Made by a program: the position numbers and the translations under genes. DNA of 61,659 bases, counting the filler, from Squatina squatina (taxonomy: Eukaryota): NCBI GenBank assembly GCA_031763465.1. It is 3 parts of 3 records of this genome, joined end to end, with 100 filler letters (N's around TTAATTAATTAA, not from the genome) between each part and the next. Parts side by side here need not be neighbours in the genome. Positions count along the whole stretch, not along the records: positions 38,108 to 61,659 come from JARFOE010000073.1; 2 more parts are not named here. The stretch is one strand, 5' to 3'. Under the pieces are notes generated by a model. That model searched no databases, was not told the DNA's origin, and was given only the letters and a program-made list of their open reading frames with translations. This document shows positions 51,437 to 61,659 of this stretch, in pieces (the first letter of the stretch is position 1; each line of letters begins with the position of its first letter).

Positions 51437-53989
51437 GTAAGTGACTATTACTGACCTTAATGGCATAATAGAAAAGTGGCACTATATCCAACTTTATGGG
51501 TTGTATCAGATAAGGACTGATAAAGATCCTCACAGTTTGGGAGATAATTAGCTTCCTAACTTATCTGGAAACCATTCTGAGTGAATTATTTTCTCTTAAA
51601 TGACATTAGTCTCGATTCATGCAATAGCTCCTGTTGCCTGGAAAATTGCATACGGTGGGCTGTGCTGTTAAATGCAGGTTTGCTAGTACATTGTACCATT
51701 TGCATGGTATTGTACCACTGTGGCAGGGTATTATTCCTCAGTAAAAACGCTTTTTTCTGTCATTAGACCCCCATTGNNNNNNNNNNNNNNNNNNNNNNNN
51801 NNNNNNNNNNNNNNNNNNNNNNNNNNNNNNNNNNNNNNNNNNNNNNNNNNNNNNNNNNNNNNNNNNNNNNNNNNNNCTCATGCCAGTACATGTAAACAAG
51901 GAATCTGCCAGAGGAAAGGGCCCTATTAATAAAGCTGAAGAATTTCAGCTTCAGTCCATTCACCAGATTAAATTAGCTGTATTTAAATCATTACTGACTA
52001 TTTGTGATGCTAACAATGAATCTACAGCATCTGATCTAGAAATTAAGTGAATTGATGCCACTCTGCATTAAACAGAGTTGTAAATATATCTCCTGGTGCA
52101 CCATGTGTTCACTGTNNNNNNNNNNCTCCGATGCTTAGTATTAACACTACTGAATGAGCGAGTGTTCTCTTTTCAGCAGAAGCAATTTGTTATCTTCCGT
52201 ATCTCGTATTTGTGACAAAAAGGTCCGCATTGTTGTTAATGTATAAATGCATATGCATTTCAGTTTCTTTTACAGGAGCGTTTTTTTGCTTGAGGTACTT
52301 TTGAGACCAGCTGTATTATTACAGTTGGGCATTAGTTGTAATGAAATTGCACAGTGTGCAAATAAGCGCTGGATTCAACGACCCAAAAACCAATATTTAC
52401 CGCAGGTAGCCTGAATTGTAATAGACAATTATTTGATAATTGCACATGCCATTTGGATGTAGAAATGATGATTACCCATATCGCAGAGCAGCAGCAGTTT
52501 TGCCATTGTACGTTTTGATTTAAAGGTCGCACAGTATTAATAAGCAGCAAGGATATTGAAATGTCTATGAATGTCATCCAGCTGGCAATGAGCAGCCACT
52601 GATGCACATCGGTGTCAAAAGACAATCCAAGTGTTAATATTTTTTTAGCACTTTCATGCGCTAGCAGGCTGTGGGGATTGTATAATGAAATAAATTATCG
52701 TGGTGTGTTCTATCCAAATCAATAAAGCAAATACATTTCTATTTATTAAATGGCTTGCAAGGAATTAAATGTTGGATTTACTTATTTTGCATCCATTTAT
52801 TGGAAGGTTAACATTTTTATTGTAATTTCAGTCTTACTCCCCAACACTAACCCATACACACCAAGTTAGATCCTCAAGCTGTAAAATCAGCTGGTCTTAA
52901 GCCAGAACCGTGTTAGAGGTGCTGCAATTGTCCCTGAGTAAAGAAAGAAGGGGAAAATAAGTTAGAGTTCCCACTATTGATTATTATGCAATATCTTTTA
53001 CTGGAAAGTGTGCATGTGTGGTGCATACATGCCAAGTGAGGAATAGGCTTGGCTGTGGGGCCCTCGCCAAATAGCCTGACAAAGCTCACTGTCTGGGCTC
53101 CCAAATGCAAAATGGACTCGTAGGTCAGCTATCCAGATGGGTGTTCGTACCCCCAAGGAATTGTATCCCAGCAACATTTATTGCCTTAAGGGAGAAAAAT
53201 CTAGGTTCCTGAAACTGGGAATGTGTTGAGAATATAAAATTCAAATTAAATCAAAGTGGAGGAGCCAAATGGTGCAATATCTGACCCTAGATGTACTTAG
53301 CATGCCTTGTAAATGTGAGGTCATACAGTATTGTACGGAGTGTGCTAGGGATCATCAGTACTGCCCAAACTTTATTATTACAGATCGTGGTTTACGAGCT
53401 TTTTTTTTTAATGTCGGTATTTTCTATCTTTTTTCATATCAGCCAACTCTCCCAGATTGTCCAAGATTCTCCCGGAATGGTCTCCCAAGCCCTGCTGCTG
53501 GCAGCCCAGGAGAAAAGTATTGCGTACTCGCGGTTTCTGCATGTGCACTTACACTTCTCCTGGTTAGAGATGTGCGAAAATGCAGCCTGGGAACTTGTAG
53601 TAATTAATTCAATTTATCAATTCCCTGCACTAAATGCAATTCTATTGTAAAGGATGTAATACCAGGACACTTGGAAAATATCCACGGGATTAGACAAAGT
53701 CAACATGGATTTATGACAGGGAANNNNNNNNNNNNNNNNNNNNNNNNNNNNNNNNNNNNNNNNNNNNNNNNNNNNNNNNNNNNNNNNNNNNNNNNNNNNN
53801 NNNNNNNNNNNNNNNNNNNNNNNCCAGTCAAAACCAGCTATAAAAATTCACCAATGAAGAACAGCAAAGGACATATGTTTAAAAAAAACAATCAACAATG
53901 AGCGGTCAAGAAATAGCTACCGATTCAAGAAGAAAAATGGTAACCAGTGAAGTTACTTCTGTGCTCACCGGTGTAATTTCTCTTTTCAG

Positions 53990-54144
53990 ACATGGTATCC
54001 AATAAATTGCAGAATAGCAACGTGTTTACCATTGCAAAGAGGAACGTGGAGGGGCAGGACATGTTGTACCAGTCCTTGAAGCTGACCAATGGGATCTGGA
54101 TGCTGGCAGAACTGCGCATTCAACCTGGAAACCCGAACTACACG
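53990..54144 (+). CDS. AP2B1: AP-2 complex beta subunit appendage exon
   Basis: 155 nt, MVSNKLQNSNVFTIAKRNVEGQDMLYQSLKLTNGIWMLAELRIQPGNPNYT. Confidence 0.93.
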
Positions 54145-54934
54145 GTAAGGGTGTGCATCGCAGTCGAGACTTTTTTTTAGTAGATAACAATGTACCTAAA
54201 GGATGGTTCTGATCTCTGGGCACTCTCGTAAAATCCAGAGGTCTCAGGGTGGCATTAGGGGCTCCACAGTTGGCTTCAGTGTCTGTGGGCTAAAGAGAGG
54301 AAAATTAGCCAGAATTCGTGCACCAGAATCACTCCCTAGTAACCCCTTGCTGGACAGTATGTGTCTGATGTTGAGTGAGGCAGGGGCTGAGCTCTGGTAT
54401 GATGGCTCCCAGGATTGAATAGCCTGCTGACACTCTGTCTCTGGATCTGAACATGAAAAATGGCTGCGGGTGCAAGGTTTTAGAAAGTCACCAGGAACTC
54501 ACTGAACTATACCCAAGCACAAGAAGGGAGAAAATTAAGCGGGGATTGAGTTGGGAGGAGAACCTGCGGAGTCCACTCATTCACTTAGCTTTGCCTCATT
54601 GTCTGTCTTGATGGTGAAGGAAGTTGGCCCATAATGGATTTTCTTGAGTTGCTACAGTNNNNNNNNNNNNNNNNNNNNNNNNNNNNNNNNNNNNNNNNNN
54701 NNNNNNNNNNNNNNNNNNNNNNNNNNNNNNNNNNNNNNNNNNNNNNNNNNNNNNNNNNCCCAAAACAGATTATCTGGTCATTGTCACATTGCTGTTGGTG
54801 GGACCTTGCTGTGCACAAATTGGCTGCTGCATTTACTACATTGCAACAGTGATTATGCTTCAAAAGTACTTCAAGGCGCATTGGGATGTCCGATGGTCAT
54901 GAAAGGCGCTATATAAACGTAGATATTTTTATTT

Positions 54935-55400
54935 TTACTTTACCTCCTGATCCCTCGTCCCCTTTACTTTCTTCTGAACTATCTTCCATTCACATATTAT
55001 CACTTGCTAGACTTTTACCATCTTCCCTGACCTCAAACTCTTCATCCTCCTATGTTCTTTGCCCCAATGAATTCCAAGCTCAGTGTGATGCTGAGCTCTT
55101 CTGCTGGCTTCGCCTCCTTACCTTCATTGACCAGGAGGCTTCCCCCACATCCCCCTTCTCCCCCAGGACCCTTTCTCCTTTTTCCATCCTTCCTGAACCT
55201 CTAGGACCATTGCCGCTAGTGTCTTGCCTTCTGATCTTTACTGAGAACTGTCACTGTGATATTATGCTTCCCAGTTTTTCCACTCCCTTTACTAACGCTA
55301 AACTATCTCCCTCTGGACTTGCTGTGCTCAGTTTGCTCAGTTCCAACCCTCACATCACCAAACCTACTGGCGAAGGCAGTGTGGTTGTGTGGAGCAGAGG
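54935..55400 (+). mobile_element. Degraded Penelope-like element, region N-terminal to RT
   Basis: DAELFCWLRL and LSSNPHITKPTGEGSVVVW resemble the Penelope motif IKPADKGGAVVVW. Confidence 0.6.
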
Positions 55401-58155
55401 ATTTCCGTCACTAAGATATGGCTGCAGAGCAAGAGCTATTCTGACTGATCGCAAACGAGATAGCATCAAAAATTTAACTCCCCCATCTGTTACCAGTGAC
55501 AATGTATTATTTGTTGTTCTTCAACGTAAGAGTGGCAGCAACACAGTGAAATGGAGCATTGACCTGCAGTCTCAACCAGCTGCCTAACTTCCCACAGCCC
55601 CCTAGACAACAGCAGAAAGTGGCAATAAAGATGAAATAGTAAATCTACACAACCTGTAACATTGTCAGAACAGGTAGAAAAAACATCCAAGGCAATTGCC
55701 TCAGGATTTGGATGATTTTGAAACCACTTGGGCTTCACTCTCATGGTTTGTTATAAGACGAGCTCCTTGATTAGATTACAATCCATTATCCTGAAATTGT
55801 TAGACACCCGAGAATGCAACAGAATCCTGAAGCTGGACCATGCAGTTTGGTGGCATACGAGACAGATGAGGAGCCACACTTCAACTCAAAGAATATTTAA
55901 ATTTGCATTTTCTGTTTTCCAATTTTAACCATCAACTCACTCACATTCTCAATTACACAGAAGACTGAGCACCTCTCTATAACAATGCTGGGAGATCATC
56001 TGATGTTGCTAGGTTACAAACTCGCTGTCCGCTTTCACAGTCACTTTCTGTGTGTCAGCAGTAAATGTTACCCCAATGGTCAGAAATGATGGGATTTGTC
56101 AAGTAATCTGCTGCATACGACATTTCCCTATGTCTATCTTACACAAATCTCTCAGTGGCCATTTTCAATGAACTAGCAACAACTTACATTTATATAGCGC
56201 CTTCAATGTAGTAAAATGTTGCAAGGCACTTCACAAAGGCATAATCAGAGGAAAAAAAGGATGCCGAGCCAAAGGAGAGGTATTAGGGAGGATGACCAAA
56301 AGCTTGGCCAAGGTGGTTTTAAGCAGGGTCTTAAAGAAGAACAGAGAGCTGAAGAGCCAGAGTGGTTAAGGGAGGGAAATCCAGTGTGGTGGGTGTGGGG
56401 TGGGGGCTAGATTGTTGAAGGCACAGCCACCGATGGTGGCGTGAACAGAGGTGCGGACCAGAGGCCAGAATTGGAGGATGGAGGGAGAGATTATCGGCAT
56501 CTGCCAGAAGCGTTAGTTGTGCAGTCAGCTCCTATGCTGCATGGGTTGGACCTGGTCAGAGAAGCCAATCTCAGAAGGGAACGAGATTGGGTCGGCAGTG
56601 GGCCAAAGTATTTTTGTCGAGTTAGGAGGGGCACTCTTGCTCCTTCTGGCCCAACAAAAATTGCCCCTAAAAATCTCTGGGTGTTTTGTGGAGCGGCCAC
56701 CAGTAATCCCTTTAAGGGCTGCTGGTTAGGTGGCTCACCACCTGGTGCATGCTCCACTCATTTGTTCCTGCAAATTGCAAATGGGGTTGCAAATGGGGCA
56801 ACCATCAAACCCCAATTTGCATATGTAAGCAGCCTCTCGCCCGAAAGGCGTGCTGCCTTCCCAGTTACAGGCCCACCTGAAAATTACATGCAGGCCTTGC
56901 ANNNNNNNNNNNNNNNNNNNNNNNNNNNNNNNNNNNNNNNNNNNNNNNNNNNNNNNNNNNNNNNNNNNNNNNNNNNNNNNNNNNNNNNNNNNNNNNNNNN
57001 NACTATATCAGCCAGGGACTGCTGCAAGCTTCTATACCAGGATCTCTATATTCTATGAAGAAGATAGACCATCGCCCTAAGAGCGACAGATCAGGAAGAT
57101 ATACAGGGTGCTGAATTGGAAAGGAAATCAATAGGGGCAAATGTACAGTTAAAATCAGCATTTCCTTCTTCGACCCAAAAAAGGATCCATCTGTAATTCA
57201 CAGCAGAGCACAAGATTTGCAATCAAATATTCTGGAAACAATCTTCCTTTAATTTCATCAATGAGAATTTATAATAAACACTTGGTTGCTATGCTACCCA
57301 TTAGCAAGGCAATAGGTTGCTATGTTACAAGGAATGAGGAGTGTAACTGACATGAATGAAAGATCAGACCTCCAGCCAGTTCCGCTTGATTTTTTATGTG
57401 AGGGGCAAAAGCCTGGGGGAAAAGAGCTAGTGTAGGAAGTGGACTGATAAGAGTGTAAGACATCTATGTACGTACAATTTCAAAGATTGTTTTCTGTTTA
57501 TATTAATATACTTTGAAAATAAGATAAGATTCATCTACATTATATTTTTCCCCCCTACCAAGCAGAGCTGGGCTGAACAAGCTTAGATTACTGTTACTCC
57601 CTAACTTTTAGTCGAAAGTCATAATCTCAAACAATATTTTGATTAAGACTCTACAACACTTGGAGTATTAAGATGAATAACCAGTTATCCTGTCTCAGTG
57701 GGGGAGTTGGTTGAAGGAAGATTGAAAGTCAGGAGAAATGCCTACACTTTTATCAATGGTGCTGTGGAATCTTTAGCACTCATCGGAACCAGAAGACGGG
57801 CTTCAGTTTAACGATTCATCCGAAGGATGGTACCTCTGTCAATGCATCTTTCCCTGAGTACTGCACTGCAGTGTCAGTATGAAAATAGTTTATCTCTTCA
57901 TTCTTGTTTGTGGGAGCTTGCTGTGCACAAATTGGCTGCTGTGTTTCCCTATGCTACAGCGGTGACTACACTTCAAAAGTGAATTATTGGCTGTGCCGTG
58001 CCTTGATAATGCTGAGGTCGTGAAAGGCACTACATAAATGCAAATTTTTCTTTCTNNNNNNNNNNNNNNNNNNNNNNNNNNNNNNNNNNNNNNNNNNNNN
58101 NNNNNNNNNNNNNNNNNNNNNNNNNNNNNNNNNNNNNNNNNNNNNNNNNNNNNNN

Positions 58156-58245
58156 TGTGTGTGATGTTTGAGAGACTGATGTGAGAGAGTCTGGTGTGTG
58201 TGTGTGTGTGAGAGTCTGGTGTGTGTGGGTGTGTGTGAGTCTGGT

Positions 58246-58283
<38 letters not shown>

Positions 58284-59805
58284 CTGGCATGTGTGAGAGT
58301 CTGGTGTGGGTTTGAGAGTCTAGTGTGGGTGTGAGTCTGGCATTTTGTACAAGTGTGGTGAGTGTGTGAGTATGATGCATGTGTGGTGTGTGAGTGTCTG
58401 GTACCTGTGCATGTCAGGTATGTGTTTGTCCGGTGTGTGAGAGTCTGGTGTGCGTACGAGTCTGGTGTGTGCATGATGTTTATGAGTCTGANNNNNNNNN
58501 NNNNNNNNNNNNNNNNNNNNNNNNNNNNNNNNNNNNNNNNNNNNNNNNNNNNNNNNNNNNNNNNNNNNNNNNNNNNNNNNNNNNNNNNNNNNNNNNNNNN
58601 NNNNNNNNNNNNNNNNNNNNNNNNNNNNGAGTCTGGCACGAGTGTTGTGTTTGTGAGTCCGGTATGTGTGAGTCTGTTGTGTGTGTGTCTGGTGCATGTG
58701 TGTCTGGTGTGTGTGTGTGAGTCTGAGTCTGCTGTGTGTCTGGTGCGTGCGAGTCCGGTGAGTGTGTGTCTGGTGTGTGTGTATCCATGTATGCATGTGA
58801 CTGGATAGTGTAAGTGTGTGCATCTGGTGTGAACAAGTGTGTGTGTGTGACTATGGTGTGTGTGTGAGAGTGGTGTGTGTGTGAGAGTGGTGTGTTTGTG
58901 TGAGTGGAGTGCATTTGGGTCTGGAGTGTGTGTGAATCTGGTGTGTTGTGTAAGAGTGGTGTGCTTGTGAGAGTGGTGTGCCTGTGCGTCTGGTGTGTGT
59001 GTTAGTCTGGTGTGTGTGAGAGTCTGGTGTGCGTGTGTGAGTCTGGCGTGTGTGTAGTGTTTGTGAGTCTGGTGTGTGTGTGTCTGGTACGTGTGTGCCT
59101 GGTGTGTGTGTGTGTATCCATGTGTATGTGTGACTGGATAGTGTGTGTGTGTGCATCTGGTGTGAAGAGGTGTGTGTGTGTGATTCTGGTGAGTGTGAGA
59201 GTCTGGTGTGTGTGCGAATCTGGTGTGTGAGAGTCTGGTGCATGTGCGTCTGGTATGTGTATCCATGTGTGTGTGTGACTGGATAGTGATGTGTGGGCAT
59301 CTGGTGTGTGTGTGTGTGAGAGAGAGAGTCTGGTGTGTGTATGTGAGTCTGGTGTTTGTGTGTGTGAGTGGTGTGTGTGTGTGAGTCTGGTGTGTGTGTG
59401 TGTGTGAGTCTGGTGTGTCTGTGAGACAGTGGTGTGCGTGTGTCTGGGTAGTGGTGTGTATGAGTCTGCCGTGTATGTGTCTGGATAGTGTGTGTATGTG
59501 TGAGTGGTGTGTGTGTTAGAGAGTCTGGTGTGTGTGAGAGTCTGGCGCGTGTGAGTCTGGCGCATGTGAGTCTGGTGTCTGTCTGAGTCTGCTGTATGTC
59601 TGGTGTGTGCGACTCTGGTGTGTGCGAGTGTGTGTCTGTGAGTCTTCTGTGTGTGCGTGAGAGTCTGGTGTGTGCTTGTGTGTAAGTCTGGTGTGTGTGT
59701 GTGTGTGTGTGTGAGAGAGTTTGTGTGTGGGATTTGTGTGTATGTGAAAGTGTGTGTGGGTGTGAATGTATGTGTGTGTGTTTTCTGTGTGTGTGTGTGT
59801 GTGGC
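58156..59805. repeat. Complex (GT)n-based minisatellite with GAGTCTGGTGTGT units
   Basis: Read directly; it accounts for all the His/Thr- and Cys/Val-rich ORFs here. Confidence 0.95.
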
Positions 59806-59951
59806 ATGATGGGTCCCTAATGGCCTCTCTCTCTGTTGTTTAGGAGCAGGCTGTCTGGAACTATGTGACCATGGTTCTTGAGATTATCTGACCGGCAGCC
59901 CCTGGAATATGCACGACCTCGGCCCATCTACACCGCGTGTTCTGCAACGGC

Positions 59952-60166
59952 ATGGTGACAACTTTCAAAATAGCAATCCTTGGAGCACAAGGGGTTGGGA
60001 AATCGGCAATTGTGCACCAGTTCCTCTACAACGATTACAGTGACTGCTACCTGCCCACAAAAGCACGTCATGTCTACCTGCCTGCTGTGTCATGAATGAG
60101 CATGTGCACGACCTACAGATAATGGACTTTCCGCCCATTCCATCCTTCCCGGTCAACACCCTACAG
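59952..60166 (+). CDS. RASL10B: RAS-like family 10 member B, first coding exon, with a 1-nt frameshift
   Basis: [28 protein letters not shown]...YLPAV / [26 protein letters not shown]|gtaac (human [26 protein letters not shown]...). 215 nt instead of 216; candidate acceptor at 59843; syntenic with AP2B1. Confidence 0.88.
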
Positions 60167-60809
60167 GTAACTGTTCTGATCTCTACGACTCTCACAGGTC
60201 TCAAGGGCTGATATCATTCTCTCTTTGGTGAGTGGGAGACTTCTTCTGTAAAGCCTGTAGCAGACACTGGGTTTCAATTAGCAGCCAATTTTGCCAACTA
60301 CTTGTAACATCAATAGCCTGACAAATAACCAAGAGCAGCTCAGCTCGACAGTGAGTTTTTTCATATGTTTGCTCTCACTTCGTGACGTTACCTCTTTGTT
60401 TTTCAAGAATTTCATTTATCTTTCATTGCTTTCTCCAGTTCTGCTCCCCCCCCCACCCCGAGTCACCCATTTTAATTAATTCCTCTTTGCTGCGTCACCC
60501 AGTTCTATGTTCCTTTTATTAAAGGCCACTAGGCCCATCAAAGCTTGTACTTACTCTTCCAGCCTGGTATATTGAATATCCTTGCCCTGGTAGATTGTTC
60601 CAAACAGCGGAGTAAGGAACTTCTTCCTTNNNNNNNNNNNNNNNNNNNNNNNNNNNNNNNNNNNNNNNNNNNNNNNNNNNNNNNNNNNNNNNNNNNNNNN
60701 NNNNNNNNNNNNNNNNNNNNNNNNNNNNNGGAACTGTTCCAGAATCTATAGAATTTTGGAAGATGACCAGCAATGCATCTACTATTTCTAGGGCCACTTC
60801 CTTAAGACA

Positions 60810-61659
60810 GATTAGTAGAATTATCACCTGGATAAAGGGCTGGTGTGGGAAACAGGGGTTCCTTTTCATGGAATTCTGGCACCAGTACTGGGACAGGAAG
60901 GAGCTGTACCAATGAAACAGGCTTCACCTGAACTGGAATGGAACCAGTGTCCTAGCGAAAGAGTAAATAAGGAGGTAACTTTAAACTAGTAAGATGGGGA
61001 GAGGGATCAGCAAGAAATGAAACAAGTGTAAATATAAATGAAACAGGAAAGGAGAGCATAGGAAAGACTAAACTAAGGGACATAAATGGCCAGGGAATAA
61101 ATAGAGTTATAGAACAGGAATGTAAAAAGATAGTTAAAAATAAAGTGAAAGGAAATGCTATTAAAAATGAGTTAAACTGTCTGCACAGCAATGCAACAGT
61201 GTCCATAATAAAACAGGGGAACTACAAGCAATAACATGTTGGGAGGAGCCAGATATAATAGGGATTACTGAGGCATGGCTACAGAAAAATCAGGACTCGG
61301 AATCAAACTTTGCAGAGTGTAACATATTTGGAAAAGATAGAGAGAGAAAAAGGGGAGCTGGAGTACTTGTTAGAGATAGCATAATGGCAGTAGAAAAAGT
61401 AATGCAGCCATCAGTAAGACAGAAATAGAATCCATGTGGATAGAGCTGAAAAATAATAAAAGATCAATCACACCAATAGGCGTAGTCTACAGACCACCTA
61501 ATTGTGGAAGCAAGGTGGAGAAAGAAATAAGCAAACAAATTAGGGAAATATGTAAAAAATATAGAATAATAATCACGGGGGATTTCAACTATCCTAAAAC
61601 GAATTGGCCAAAAGAGGTAGGCAATGGGGATAATGGAATGGAATTCATGCAATGTGTAC
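60810..61659 (+). mobile_element. CR1 LINE ORF1 end and ORF2 endonuclease start (degraded)
   Basis: DIIGITEAWL, IESMWIELKN, GVVYRPP and ITGDFNYP motifs. Confidence 0.8.

Noticed and set aside
57890-59807. Long His/Thr-rich and Cys/Val-rich ORFs
   Set aside because: They are translations of the GT/CA minisatellite.

Overview
Vertebrate nuclear DNA, most likely a shark or other cartilaginous fish (DeuSINE/SacSINE1-type SINEs, CR1 and Penelope-like elements), from a very fragmented draft assembly with many 100-N gaps. Two artificial N44-TTAATTAATTAA-N44 linkers (15406-15505, 38008-38107) split the window into three concatenated scaffolds. (1) 1-15405 holds exons of IL6ST (+), an IL31RA-like gp130-family receptor (-), DDX4/vasa (-) and SLC38A9 (+) in human 5q11 order, plus a stray KDM5 JmjC exon between DDX4 exons. 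(2) 15506-38007 is part of a clustered protocadherin array: about 7 variable exons on the minus strand, 4 with CSE/CTCF promoters, 3 with disrupted reading frames. (3) 38108-61659 holds a half SRCR exon, then PEX12 (-), AP2B1 (+, including the 42-nt cassette exon) and RASL10B (+, 1-nt frameshift) in human 17q12 order. I find no clearly new biological system. The best leads are the IL31RA-like receptor, a minimal hammerhead-ribozyme motif in a Penelope-like terminal repeat, protocadherin promoter, pseudogene and gene-conversion features, and the RASL10B frameshift. Gene identities come from recalled human protein sequences, not database searches.
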